The position numbers and the translations under genes were made by a program. The notes beneath the pieces were generated by a model, which was given only the letters and a program-made list of their open reading frames with translations, was not told the origin of the DNA and ran no database searches. A stretch of DNA of 64,000 nt. It comes from Macrostomum lignano. Its lineage: Eukaryota. Every line of letters starts with the position of its first letter. Position 1 is the stretch's first letter. The DNA is taken from NCBI GenBank assembly GCA_002269645.1, contig NIVC01003272.1, positions 1,989 to 65,988 of the forward strand. Reading direction: 5' to 3'. Shown piece after piece: positions 34,998-48,409 of this stretch.

Positions 34998-35684
34998 TAG
35001 TATTTGTCATGCTATCCCAGCCCAGAGACATCCAAACTCAGCCAGTCCCATTCCGCAATGCGTTTTTTTGGCTCGAGCTAGTCGACTTTTACCATAGACA
35101 TGCCTCCCAAGGCCATGCCATCTCAGCCCGGGACATGCAATCTCAGCCAATATAGATTTCAATTGCAAACAGATCTCAATGCTGGGAAGCTGGGCACTCA
35201 GCTTCGTGCGCAATGCTTTCAACGTCGCCAGGGGGTTCGCATCCACGAAAGCAATAAGCGCCTGGCGCATCTCCTCATCGAACTTGCATGAGCCAATCTT
35301 TCTTCCCCCTCGCGGGAGGGCATCCACCCGGCCCGTTGCTTCATAAATCCTGACGATATGCCGAGCTGTCTTCAGATTCATGCGAAGAACTTTGGCGGCC
35401 ACACGTAGGTCCTGACCTTCCGTCCACGCAGCAATCAGTCGTCTTCTGTCTTCGTCGCTTGTTGCTCTCATTCTGTTTCATTTGCTTCGATCACAGACTA
35501 AGCCACAGACAGCTTGACATAGCATCTGAAAAGTGGCTGAGATTGCATGTCCCAGGCTGAGATAGCATGGCCCTAAGAAGCATGTCTATGGTAAAACTTG
35601 ACTGGCTTACGTAAAAAATCGCACTGTCGAGATGGGCTGGCTGAGTTTGGATGTCTCTAGACTGAGATAGCATGACAAATACTA
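34998..35684 (-). mobile_element. IS630/Tc1-mariner deletion derivative retaining the transposase N-terminal HTH
   Basis: About 150-bp TIRs (tagtatttgtcatgctat...) flanked by TA. Internal MRATSDEDRRRLI...PRGGRK...ANPLATL. Confidence 0.8.
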
Positions 35685-35773
35685 TAGTATAAAAAATAAA
35701 AAGGCATTATTTAGGTATCAAACCAACTGAAATTGCTAAAATACATGTTTAGGTTTGCTATATTTACCAAATA

Positions 35774-36329
35774 TAGGTGTCCCATAAGTAACTTTACAAC
35801 TTGTTTCGTGAATAACTTTGTGATTAATGCTTAGATCCCCACCAGATTCTAGCATAAGAAAATATATAGAAAAGGGATTTCTTGACACCAAAAGCATGTT
35901 CATACGTTAAAAAATACAGTCCATTCAGGGTCCTTCGATGTGGCCACCACCGTTTGTAAGGCAGGCCTCCAGCCGCCGCGGAAAGTCCAGCAGGGCTTTG
36001 GTAAGCGTCTCAGGCAAAATCTGGGCCACTTCATCTGAGATCCTCTGTTGGAGCTCATCGATTGTGCGCGGCTGCATTGCGTAGACTCTCTGCTTTAGAT
36101 CGCCCCACAACCAGTAATCCAAGGGCATTAGGTCAGGAGAAATCTGATGGGATCTGGTATTTTTTTAAATTACCATTTGAATAATAAAATATCAATGTAT
36201 GAACATGCTTTTGGTGTCAAAAAATCCCCCTTCTATATATTTTCCTATGCTAAAATCTGGTGGGGATCCAAGCATTAATCACAAAGTTATTCACAAAACA
36301 AGTTGTAAAGTTACTTATGGGACACCCTG
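35774..36329 (-). mobile_element. Tc1/mariner deletion derivative retaining the transposase C-terminus
   Basis: About 130-bp TIRs, right end ...gggacaccctg|TA. Internal SPDLMPLDYWLWGDLKQRVY...RLEACLTNGGGHIE. Confidence 0.85.
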
Positions 36330-37012
36330 TATATAGCCTTTGTGGTTTTTTTAACTGTTAACATATATGTTCAATAGTGAGCTATTATATACCATTGTAT
36401 TTAAAAAATTAAAAGCTTTACAGCTTTATAAGTATGATTACTAGATGTCTAAATGTATTTCAGTTATCAAATATAGATATGTAGCTTTCCATAGAAGCCT
36501 TAAAAACTGATGTGGGGATATCTGGAGCTCTAATAATTGGGATTGTTTCTAATAGGTTTCATCCATTACGACCAGGATGGATCCATTACAACTGGCAAAG
36601 GTAGTGTCGTGAGTCGCTATTTAGTTAGGTGCCGCACTAGTCAGCTGTTTCCCTTGCCCTTGCCCCAGGCTTCTGTCTGCTGCTGGGCAGTTGTCTGTCC
36701 CTTCCTTTTTGCCTTGCCTGTCCTCTGGCCTGTCCTTTGCCCATTTGCTTGTCTGTCTATCTGTCCTTGTTTGTCCCTTTTGTCTTGTGTTCCCATTTTG
36801 CAATGCCCAGACAGCTTGGTCTAGCCTGCTTCTGTTTTGTCTCTGTTAGGCATCTCCAAATTTGAAATGCCATTTTGTTTTCCAGTCCCAAGGTCACAAG
36901 TGCCTTCACTTGTAGGCCTTTTTCCCCCTTGTCATGTGAGCCAATCACATGACAGGGCTTTCTTCCATCTTTAGTCCAAAGTGCAATGATTTCATCATTG
37001 TATGCTGGTCTT

Positions 37013-37798
37013 GGCTCATTCCATATAAGATGGACATATTTGGAAAATAGAAAAAAGTCAATATTTTTGCTTGCCATTGCTTAATTAGCCTATTTTTTTA
37101 CCAAATGTTTATATTGTGCAATATATACAATCTAAGAATAAAGGAATGGTAAAATGTTGGATTAATATGTTATCAATTGGCAAAAAGTCATTTTTGTAAA
37201 AATTTGGACATTTTTCGAAGCAAAAGACATCATTAAGATTTTGTACCTTTTAAAAACAAATAGAAAGCTTTTGAAGGTTGAAACAAACTATAGATAAAAG
37301 TATAGTACTTGCATCATCAGATAAAAGCATTGGTGACCAAATAATCTATTATATTTTTAATGTATTAGTACCTCAAAGTTACTGAATTGACAGAAAAAAA
37401 TATGTTACGACCATAATGTTACGACCATAAGGCTGCCTTTTCTTTTGTATCTTTGTTGCCTTTTGAGTTTATATATTCTAATAAAAGAGTATGATTTCTA
37501 AAGATGTTCTTAGTCAAATTTTAAAAATGTATTGCAAAATATCAAAAATGAAAAATGTTATAAGACTTTTACCTTTTAGTTTCTATATGTCAAAAATCCT
37601 GTCGTTACGACCATAAGTGTCATTTAAGGTTTAATAGCATCTATACTAATGATGATATCTATATGAAACTCTATAAATATATTCTAGACAAAATAATCTT
37701 TCATTTAAAATATTGGTTTAGTATATTCTATTATTAGATTTCATTTTATAAGTAAAAATAACCTGTCATGTTACGACCATGCTTATATGGAATGAGCC
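37013..37798. mobile_element. Non-autonomous DNA transposon with 17-bp TIR and 4-bp TSD
   Basis: GGCTCATTCCATATAAG ... CTTATATGGAATGAGCC, flanked by tctt on both sides. Internal gttacgaccat motifs repeated. Confidence 0.75.
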
Positions 37799-39794
37799 TC
37801 TTGCATTTATGGGGACATCACATGCGCTAGGACCCCTGCCTCTTCTAAGGCGGAACCCACTTGCTTGTTGCTAAAAATAGCAATAAAGTCACTCATTACT
37901 CTCAGTGGGGGTCTTTCATGCTATTGTGCAATTGATTCTCCCTATAAATGTAGCCCCTCTCATGGCTTGGTTCAGACAAGCCTGTTTGCCTGTTTTCTGC
38001 CTCTCTATCTTAGTCAGTCTCTAAGGTTGTGTTGTGTGCCAAGTTTGCACCTAAGTTTGAACTCCCAAGCCTCCCAACTTTGCGCGTGCCTGCCTCAAAT
38101 TGCTCCTGCTATCTATTAGCAAGGCAGCTTAGATTGCCCAAAGCTAGCACCATCGCTCTAACACTATACTAGCATGGCAGGGACTGCTGACTATGGATGC
38201 TTCTGCTCAAGAACTGCTATATCTGCACAAAGTGCTAGACTTTCTCTCTTGTCTTAGTTATTTGCTTTTACAAGATCGGCACCTCATTGAAGGCTGCAAC
38301 TTTGCAAAGCTAGTGGTAGCACTACCTACGCTACAAGTATTGATTCTAAGAAACTGCTAGCTAGAGGTCATTGCCCAGTGCCAGGAGCCCTACCAAGCCA
38401 TCTCCGGACCAACTAAAGCAATCCTATTGGAGGCCTTTAGACAACAACCACAGGCAAGACACCTGTACTTCATTGGTGGCCACAATGGGATTCAAAGACC
38501 TACCAAGCCACTTTGAAACAACATAGACTAGAGAAAAGAGTCCAAATACTTCAGTAGGATATAGCATGCTAAAGATCAAAGATGTCTTAGCCATGGCAGC
38601 TATCCAAGAGGCAAATCTATCTTATCTACCAAGTAAAGGATAGCCAGGACACAGATCAATGCAGGTTCAATGCCAAAACAAGGCAATCCACAGAGGCCAT
38701 CATAGCTATGCAAGTGGCCATCAAGTCTGATGCTACAAAACCATCAAGGAGTTGGCTGAGGACTTTGAGTTTGACCTGTCCATTGGCACAGGCTACATTA
38801 TTCTACATGCAGATCTCAAACTATCTAAGAAAAGCACACACTGGGTCCCTTGGCTGCTGTTGCTAGATCAGAAATTTTGAAGAGTTTTCTCAAGAGATGC
38901 TTGATCCATGTACTTCCTCATCTGCTATACTTGCCAGATCTGGCCCCTGCATACTTCTAGCTCTTTTGTAAAGTAAACAAGAGTTATTAGTCACCTTGCT
39001 TACTTAGTCAAGAACAAGTCAAAACAGGTTGTGAGAGGTCACCTAGCAGAAGCCCTTGAAGTCACCTAGCAGGAAATGGATAGATACCTGCAAAAAGTGC
39101 ATTGAACTCAATTGTTGAAAAAATAGAATTTTGTACCTACTCAAACTTAAAGAGCTGATATAAAGTCATTGACATTTGTTTTTGAATATATACCTTGTCT
39201 ATGATTTTGATATCAACCATTGAAAGCTAGTGGCCTTGACTACCAAGATAGGAATTGAATGGCTAGCTAAATATAGACTATATATATTGCATAATAATAT
39301 AAACTGTGAGCATTATCTTGGCATAGCAATTTTTTAAAATGTTAGTCTAGGCCTAGTCAAGACTAAATAAATACCTAGCCTATAATATATTGGTCAATAT
39401 AAAATATGCTATACTAGTGCTTGATATGACAAGGCTCTTTTTTGAAATCAGTCATATGTCTAATTTATCAATATAATTTTTTTGGTCATTAAATATATTA
39501 TAGGCCATAATATGGCTATACTTAAATAATATGGCAATTAGACTTAGTCTCAAGTCAATGAGTATATAGTCCCATAATTGTCTAGTCAATTAATTTAAAT
39601 ATCATATATGCCTAACACCCATCCGACCTATCTGAACTGGATAGGTGAAATGGCCGATGGCCAAGGTAAGTCGCAAAATTGAAAATGGGAAAAATGAAAA
39701 ATTGGGGGAAGAAAGAAAGGAGAGGAAGAGAAAAGGAAAAGAAAGGAGGAAAAAGAGAGAGAGGGAAAAAGAAAGAGAAAGAGAAAAAAAATAG

Positions 39795-40070
39795 AACAGA
39801 GGAACTAAGTTGCAATTAGGAAGAACTAAGTTGCAATCAGGAGGAACTAAGTCACAATCAGGAGGAACTAAGTCGCAATCGGGAGGAACTAAGTTGCAAT
39901 CAGGAGGAACTAAGTCGCAATTGGAACTAAGTCACAATCGGGAGGAAGTAAGTTGCAATTAGGAGGAACTAAGTTGCAATAAGGAAGAACTAAGTCGCAA
40001 TTGGGAGGAACTAAGTTGCAATCGGGAGGAACTAAGTTGCAATCAGGAGGAACTAAGTTGCAATCAGGAG
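39795..40070. repeat. 21-bp minisatellite (about 13 copies) preceded by a purine-rich run
   Basis: Unit aggaggaactaagttgcaatc. Confidence 0.9.
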
Positions 40071-40974
40071 ATTTTTTGCCTGTCCTCTAGGCATTGTATA
40101 TATGGCAAATTTTCAAAGGCATGATACATAGAAGGCTCCAATTTGTCTGCAGCACAATGGTATAAGAAGAAATTGTTTCTTGCCCATGGTTTTAGCAAAC
40201 TTGCAAGTCAAACTTGACTTCCTATTATCACAGATGCTTTCTGTTGTAATGCCCTGCAAAACAACTGTCATAATACTATCTTAAATAAATCTTTTAGCAT
40301 ATCAAGTGCAAGTTCGAACAAAATCGGTCCAGCCATTTTTTCTCTAATATATCACATATATATATATAGACATCACATTTTTAGTATATAGGATGCTTTG
40401 TCTTGTTTCTGTGACTGACAGTTGCTTAAATCTATAGAAGTAGATTATTGGTTTGCTCTTCTCAAGCATCCAGAAATATATCATTAGGTAACTATTTGTA
40501 ACTGTTTGTATAACTATATAACTTTTTCTTGGAGGACTCTTACTTCTTTGGCCATGAGTCTCAGTTTCCGAATCTGAGTCCAAATGAATGGCTATATGTG
40601 GTTGTTGGATCCGTGCTTCAGTATCAGCATCAGTTGATGGGCAAGATTCTATAGCGATAGATTCAGCATGAGCATTGTGCCATTGTACAAGTTCTGTCTT
40701 AAGACGTCTAGTTTCTTCATTCATTTCAAAAACAGCTTCTCTTTCAGCTGAAATTATTTGAGAAGAGCAATATGCATGGGTTGTTGCATCTGCACCATGA
40801 ATCTCTATTTTTGCATTCAGCACAGATAGATCTGACAAAGGTGGCTGACAAAATCTGACACCATAGGTGTCAAGTACATTATATAAGTACAATGTATAGT
40901 TTCAAACATACTGGTCATATATAGCCAGTGCAGCACCCAAACCAAGCTAGCATACCCACCCTATCTATCAAATT

Positions 40975-42037
40975 CACAATAGAGCTCAATAGGAGTCTTT
41001 TTAGAGCAATGATTTATTACAATTTTAAAAGTGGTTTGCAGCAGCAAGAAAGTCTTAAGCAATTGCGAGGAGCTTTTGGTGATAAAAAACCTTCTAGATC
41101 CACTGTTTTTGACTGGTTTGCCAAATTTCGATGCAGCAGGCAGAGTCTGAATGATGAGGAGCGCAGTGGCTGGTCTGTCTTCGCAACGACTAAGAATAAT
41201 GTTGCTGCTGTCTAGGCCATGGTTGAGGATGATGCCCAAGTGACTGTGGCCCAGATAGAGGCAGAAGTGGGCATTTCATCAGGATCCATCAGGACGATCC
41301 TGCATTCAAAGCTTAACCTGAGCAAGATTTCTGCATGCTAGGTGCCTCATCAGCTAACTCTGGAGCAGAAGGAGGCTCAGGTGACCTAGTGCTGCACTAT
41401 GCTCAACAGATTCAATGGAGGCAGCTCAAATTTGGTCTGGGATATTGTCAATGGTGACAAGTCTGGGATCTATAGTTTCAACTTGGAGACTAAGAGCAGC
41501 AATCGGCCCAGTGGACTCCAGTTGGCGGCATCCCACCATCCAAGCTTTGGTGAGAGTGCAGCGTGGCAAAGCAGGTGGTGGCCATTTTTGTGGCGAAAAC
41601 TGGTCATCTGGCCACAGTTCCACTCATGCAGCAGCGCATAGTCACTGGTGACTAGTATGCCAATGTTTGCCTGCCAGAAGTGCTGAGTGCTCTCTCTAGG
41701 TGTCGCCCAAGGACTCGAACTTGGGGTATCCTTCTCCACCACGACAACACCTTGGCCCACAAGGCTCGACAAGTGGTAGAGTTCCTAGCTGGAAAGCGCA
41801 TTCAAGAGCTCGGTTATCTACCCTACAGCCCCAACCTGGCCCCCTGACTGTTGTGTTTCCACAAATCAAGCGTAGGATGCGTTGAATCTGCTATGGATCA
41901 CCAGAAGCTGTAATGGAGGCTTTCATCCGGCATATGGAGGAGGTGCCTGCTTTAGATTGGTCCAGCTGCTTTAGCAAGTGGTTAAGCGCATGAAAATTTG
42001 CATCAAATCTGCTGGAGAGTACTTTGAAAAGATGTAA
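40975..42037 (+). pseudogene. Mariner (DD34D-type) transposase relic
   Basis: RAMIYYNF, PSRSTVFDWFAKF, LNDEERSG, (W)VPHQL, VNGDKSGI, HHDN, YLPYSPNLAP and GEYFEK, with many stops and frameshifts. Confidence 0.88.
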
Positions 42038-42053
42038 CTGTTTTTTCTCTCTA

Positions 42054-42217
42054 ACTATTTCTGTCTGGGCACATCCGGAAACCCACCGCTCAGCCTTCAT
42101 ATAGTCAGGTGCAGCATGTAGGTCTATCTTTAAGTGAAGTATATAATGACTCATTATTACACCTGACTATATAAAGGCTGAGCAATAGGTTTCCGGATGT
42201 GCCCAGATAGAAATAGT
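42054..42217. mobile_element. Hairpin MITE
   Basis: Arms actatttctgtctgggcacatccggaaacc / ggtttccggatgtgcccagatagaaatagt plus an inner pair. Followed by (TA)n. Confidence 0.7.
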
Positions 42218-45149
42218 ATATATATATATATATATAAGTGCATGAGTGTACATATACAAGTTTGTTTGCCAGACATATAGTACAGTATGTAGAGATTGTG
42301 TAGCCTATAGGGTATAGGCTACAATGCAGTTTAGTATTGCAGTGTGCAATGCTACATAATTGAATGATAAATCAATCAATAAAGAGAATGAGGGCAGGAG
42401 AAAGGGAAAAGAAATGAGGAACTTCCATTTTTCAATAAGTATAACCACGCATGAGGTGTGCTACCCCCCCCCCCTGGTCCTTTAGTGTGGTGGTGCATAG
42501 GTAAGTTGCAAATCTGGACAAAACTAAGTTGCACTGGATAGGTAAAATTTTGAGGTTGGGCATTTATGTTAAATATGCATGACATTTGTGCTTAGATGTA
42601 AATCTTATGGTAGTCCTTGTGTTAGGTTTATCGCTCAATTGTTGCAAAATTTAATAACTCTATTAATAACCAGACTAATTCATAAAATAAAATAACGAAT
42701 AATAAGAGAACTATAAATGATTTGACATTGCAAAGTTACAAACATTGAGAAGTATAACATTTTAGAGCTTTTTATTCTCAGAAAAATTGGTGTACAACTG
42801 CTTAGAAATTTGCTACTATAGAACTGCTTGGATATTAGTGACACTTGCTCAGCAACTATGTAAAACTGCTTATAGACAAGCACTAAACTGCTAAGAAGCT
42901 GAGTGAAGCCATGAATAAAGCCATAAATTCCATGAATGCTAGCCTAGATATGAATAGACTGAACTGATAGTATGGCAACCTAGGTTTGAAGCTTAATAGT
43001 AAGAATTTTTTTAATGAAAACTTTAAATAATTTAAAGGAATAATTAAAAAGACATTATTTTTGCACTTGATAAGCCAAGACTCATAGGGATAATTACTAG
43101 AATGCTATGGCTATTAAGGGATTTGTTAGGAAGAGTAGGTTAAACCATAAATTAATTGACCTGTCAAACATAAAGACTCATTGGGGAATTGCTGAAATAT
43201 CAAGATTTACTAGAGGAATTGCTGAGAATTCAAGTCTTAGGGGCAATTGCTGAGATATCAAGGTAGAGGATAGAAGCTACATGTAATTAATTTAAAAATT
43301 TTACTACATTCTTTGTTTTCTCCCTAATGGGGGCATAAATTGTTAGAATTGACAAATCTAAATTTATACATTGCAATAAGGAATACAATACTATATTATA
43401 TAGATAGTATCAATATAAGTATAAAAATAAATAGATATAAAAACATTTAATTTTCTCTTATTGAATATTAATTATTTAGGCCTACTCAAATTTTATGTCA
43501 TGAATATATAAAAACATAGGCCTATATGAATAAGCCTATGTAGTAGGCCTATTATTACTATTTTATTAGATTAGATTAATAAAGTATTATATGGATATAA
43601 ACTATCACCAATATAGGCCTAGGCCTATATTGTGTATATATATTTTAAATGCATAACAAGAACAATTTAAACAATTGTAGACAAAATTTACAGGTTAGGA
43701 AATTTTTAAAGTAAAATTTTTAATTAATTTCATTTTTTATTTGTAAATTGGTAAACAACTCTATTCAGCCTACTAAGCTTGATGGCAGTTCTCTTTGTAT
43801 AGGAGTTGGACAAATGAAGAGTAACAAGGGTTTGAAAAAACTGTCCTATAGTTAGACAGTGTCTTGCTTTTTGGATGAAATAACTGACAAAAAACTACTA
43901 ATAATCAATATCAATACTAACAGAGCTGTAAAAGGCAAGTCATCATAAGATGAGCATTGGGTCCGCCCCTAATCAAAAGCAATTACAGATTTTTTTGTGC
44001 TTAAAATGAAAACCGCCATATTCCAAATGTATTTTTCAGTAAAACCTGCCTCCTTCAAAACTTCCATAGAAATATGCAACCCTCCTTAAAAAAAGTTTCA
44101 AGAAACGTATAGTCCACTCAGTCAGCCGTGTCCCACTCGTGGTGAGGCCATTCTATCCTCGGAAAACACGGCCTCGCAGCCCAGTAATGAATGCAGCGGT
44201 GTAGCGCTGCATGTATTTCTGGATTTATTTTACGTTGTATTTAATACATTTGCGCACGTATGCACCAGCCGGTTCTATAGGCTAAGCCACGTGTGATATT
44301 AGTAAACAAGTGTACAATTTAAATTGCATTTTAGCTAGCTAATAAAATAAGCCTGCCTATACATAAAATTTTACCACTTGCCAATTAGTTAGGCTTACAG
44401 ATTTATTTATTGCTCTTTAGACTTTGGAATCATTTAAAATTTACATAACTATCCAATTTTTTGTTTAGCCTAGGCAAAATGCATATTTAATAAGCTTTCT
44501 AGGCTTCTAAAATCTAATAGCCTAGCAATAGATAAAAACTACCTACCTAGTATAGTAATTTTTTTACCTAATAGTAATACAAAGCCTTCTATTTCAAATC
44601 ATTGATTATTTTCTACTATTGACTGATAGGTCTAAGTCTAAAATATTTTCTTTTCTTTTGTGTTATAAAGCCTTTATGCTATATTAGAATATGTTTTTTA
44701 ATGCTAATAAGAATCTTTTATAACTTTGGATCTAAAATTCATTTGGTCCTTCTTTAATTTAAGTTGCTTAGGCCTATCTTTTTATAAGACCTAAGGGGGC
44801 TAAGCCTAGCCTATGTTTATAATGTTTTATATTAAAATGTTTTAATAATATTGTTTTATAGGAATCAAAAGTAGGAATATAACTATATAAGATAAAGCAT
44901 GCCTAGAATAAAAATCTTTTTGAAATAATTAGCCATAGTCTAATCAACTATAGATTAGGCCCAACTAATAACTATTCATTGGCACTATATAAAGTCATGA
45001 TATCCCTCTAGTTGCGACCTTTTCTTCCCCTTTAATGCTAGGCCTTACTTTTTCTTTCTAGCCCATATTCTCTTCTCTAAAGCCTTACCTTCTTTTCCCT
45101 TCAGTATTTCCCTCCTCTCTAGTCCCACAATGTTTTCCCATTAAATTCT

Positions 45150-46870
45150 TACCCTTTTATCATAATCTCGCCCTCCTACCTTCTAGCCCCACCTTCCTAG
45201 CCTTTAGTCCCACTATCCTACCCTCCAGCCCCACCCTCCTTTCCTCTAGCCCCACCCTCCCCTCCAGCTTCCACCCTCTTCTCTTCTCTAGACCCATCCC
45301 TTCTCTCTAGCCCCACCCCTTCCCTCTAGCCCAACCCCTTCTTTCTAGCCCCACCCTCTTCTCTTCTGTAGCCCCACCCCTTTCCTTCTAGCCCCACCCT
45401 CCTACCCTCTAGCCCCGCCCTCCCTTCTAGCTTCTACCCTCTTCTCCCCTCCAGCCCCACCCTCCTACCCCCCAGCCCCACCCTCCTACCCTCTAGCCCC
45501 ACCCTCCTACCCTCTAGCCCTGCCCTCCCTTCCAGCTTCCACCCTCTTCTCCCCTTTAGCCCCACCCTCCTACCCTCTAGCCCCACCCTCCTCTCCAGCT
45601 TCCAACCTCTTCTCCCCTCCAACCCCACCTTCCTTCCCTCCAGCTCCACCCTCCTTCCCTCCAGCCCCACCCTCTTCTCTTCTGTAGCCCCACCCCTTTC
45701 CCTCCAGCCCCACTCTCCTTCCCTCTAGCCCCGCCCTCCCTTCCAGCTTCCACCCTCTTCTCCCCTCCAGCCCCACCCTCCTACCCTCCAGCCCCACCCT
45801 CCTACCCTCCAGCCCCACCCTCCTACCCTCTAGCCCCACCCTCCCAGTTTCCAACCTCTTCTCCCCTCCAGCCTCACCTTCCTCCTCTCCAGCCCCACCC
45901 TCCTTTCCTCCAGCCCCACCCTCCTACCCTACTGCCTCACCCTCTCCTCCAGCTTTTACCCTCTTCTCTTCTGTGCCCCACCCCCTTCCTTCCAGCCCCA
46001 CACTCCTACCCTCTAGCCCCACCCTCCCAGTTTCCAACCTCTTCTCCCCTCCAGCCTCACCCTCCTCCCCTCCAGCCTCACCCTCCTTCCCTCTAGCCCC
46101 ACCCTCTTCTCTTCTGTAGCCCCACCCCTTTCCCTCCAGCCCCACTCTCCTTCCCTCTAGCCCCGCCCTCCCTTCCAGCTTCCACCCTCTTCTCCCCTCC
46201 AGCCCCACACTCCTACCCTCTAGCTCCACCCTCCCATCCAGTTTCCAACCTCTTCTCCCCTCCAGCCTCACCCTCTTTTCCCCTCCAGCCCCACCTCCCT
46301 TCCCTCCAGCCCCACCTCCCTTCCCTCCAGCCCCACCTCCCTTCCCTCCAGCGCCACCCTCCTACCCTACTGCCTCACCCTCTTCTCTTCTGTAGCCCCA
46401 CCCCCTTCCTTCTAGCCCTACCCTCCTTGCCTTCAGTCCTACCCTCCTTCCCTGCAGCCTCACCCTCTTCTCTCCGTTAGCCTCATCCTCCTCTCTAGCC
46501 CTCACCCTTTCTCCTCTCTAACATCACCCTTTCTCCTCCAACCTCGTCCTCCTACCCTCTAGCCTCTACTCTCTTCTTTCCTTCAATACCCCCTCGTCCC
46601 CTCTAGCCCTACTATGTCCTCCAGTTGAATCCTCACCCTTTTCTCCCCACAAACCTACCCTCTCCTTCCTTCCAGCCCCTATCCTTCTCTCCAGGACCTA
46701 CCCTTGTTCTCTTTCAGCCTCGCTCTCATGTCCCCTCCAGCTCCACCCCCTTCTTCCCCCAGCCCCACTCTCTCCTCTTCAGCCGCATCCTCTCCTCCCC
46801 TCCAGCCTCACCCTCTCCTACCCCAGCCTCAACCTCTTCGCCCCTCCAGCCCCACCCTATTTTTTTATTC
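45150..46870. repeat. Pyrimidine-rich degenerate satellite with about 21-bp periodicity
   Basis: Repeated ccccaccctcctaccctc(t/c)ag variants. The plus strand is almost all C/T. Confidence 0.9.
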
Positions 46871-46960
46871 AGCCTCACCCTTCTCGTAGCTCTGCTAATA
46901 AAATTTAATTATCCTTTTCAGAAGTGAAAAAGAATATTTCTCTTTTCTCTCTTCAGAATG

Positions 46961-47830
46961 TCCTCGCACCGGTCTAGAGGTCATACCACGTGCCGGAGCG
47001 ACTGGTCGCAGCAACCATAACTCTCTTCTAGGAGACCCTGGCCGCCGTGGTGACACCTGACGGACTATCCGACCTGTTCAACACGACCTCAGGGATGCTG
47101 CAAGGCGACACGCTTGCGTCCTACCTTTTCGTGTTGGTGCTCGATGGGGTGCTACGTAGGGCCCTGCCAACAGACGAGGACGGCTTCCTACTGTGCCGGC
47201 AAACAAGCAGCCGCCAATCGGAGAAGCGGCTGTCACTCATGGGGTCATGGGTTACGCCGACGACCTGGCGCTGCCCGCCTCTATGGCTGAGGGAGCCCAG
47301 CGCATGCTAGACAGCCTGGTTGGTGGCAGCTGCGGCATCGGTCGGGCTAGCGGTGAGCATCGAGAAGACGGAGGTGATGACTGTACCTGCGGAGCTGCCT
47401 ATCAAAATCACCTGCTGGGACACCCAACGGTCATGCAGCAGCTCTACCTCGCTGCGCGTGCTTCACGTACCCCGGCGATCTTGTGCCCAGTGTCCAGGAG
47501 GACTTGGCGCGACGCAGGGGCCTGGCCTGGGCGGCCTTCCGCTCCATCCGAGTCGTCCTGCAGAACGCCGCGCTGCCAGACCGCTGCGATCACCTAGCGA
47601 GACCCTCCGCAGGCGAAGACATCAGCTGGCGGGCCACACCATCCACGCGGAGGCCTACTGTTCTCAACCAGTGCAAGACGTCCTGCTGCTCACGATGCAG
47701 GGCCCCTGGCGCCGGGGCTACGGCCGGGCGAGTCGCGTCGCGGATTGCCTGTTGGATGGCGCTGGGGTGATTGGCCAGGCGCACGCTGTTGCCGCCTTTA
47801 GAGAGCTCACACTGAGAGAACTGATCTGAC
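46961..47830 (+). pseudogene. Non-LTR retrotransposon reverse transcriptase fragment (RTE-like)
   Basis: AAVVTPDG, GMLQGDTLASYLFVLVLD, GYADDLAL, GLAVSIEKTEVM and DLARRRGLAWAAF across shifted frames. Confidence 0.85.
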
Positions 47831-48409
47831 ACCGCCTCCCATTGTGAACTGTTACTTTTAACTCAACAATACTGGGTGTGCCTTGTTATTATTTTCTCTT
47901 CAAAATAATTTGCCTAGCTGCGAACTGTGATGGTGCATATCGCGTACTCGCAATTCAATAGCTTATACTTATTACTGTTTTACTTATTGCTTTCCGATGT
48001 CAATGCTATTTATTGCGTGTAATATTATCGCAAAATTCAAGTTCGGGCGTCATTATTTAGCTACTGCCGGTGTTCTGCATTACAATTATTATAGTACTTC
48101 GTATCTACTGACGTAACATTGTACCAAAAATTTTAGATTGCGTCTTGCGTGGCGCCAAAACCAATCTTGTTGAATGCTACTAGCGTAATAGCCGTTTGAA
48201 TCGCTTGAAATACATTGTAATGCCATGCTGTATTGCTTTTGACGATCTAAATGACACTGGCTAGACTTCACTGATCCATATGCTCCTCAAGCAAGGTATA
48301 TGGAAAGCAGATTGAGCAGCAAACTTAGTGTTTGATTGATAGAGATTTTGTATAGTTGGATCTTTGGATCACGGATAAAACCAAGGAATCTAGATCTGGA
48401 GGCATGCGG

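Noticed and set aside
36757-37077. 106-aa ORF as a host exon
   Set aside because: It crosses the boundary of the 37,013-37,798 transposon, so it is a chimeric chance frame.
37860-38950. Very old Gypsy gag-like remnant
   Set aside because: Only faint resemblance (VVALP, PYQAI) amid many stops; not supportable without a profile search.
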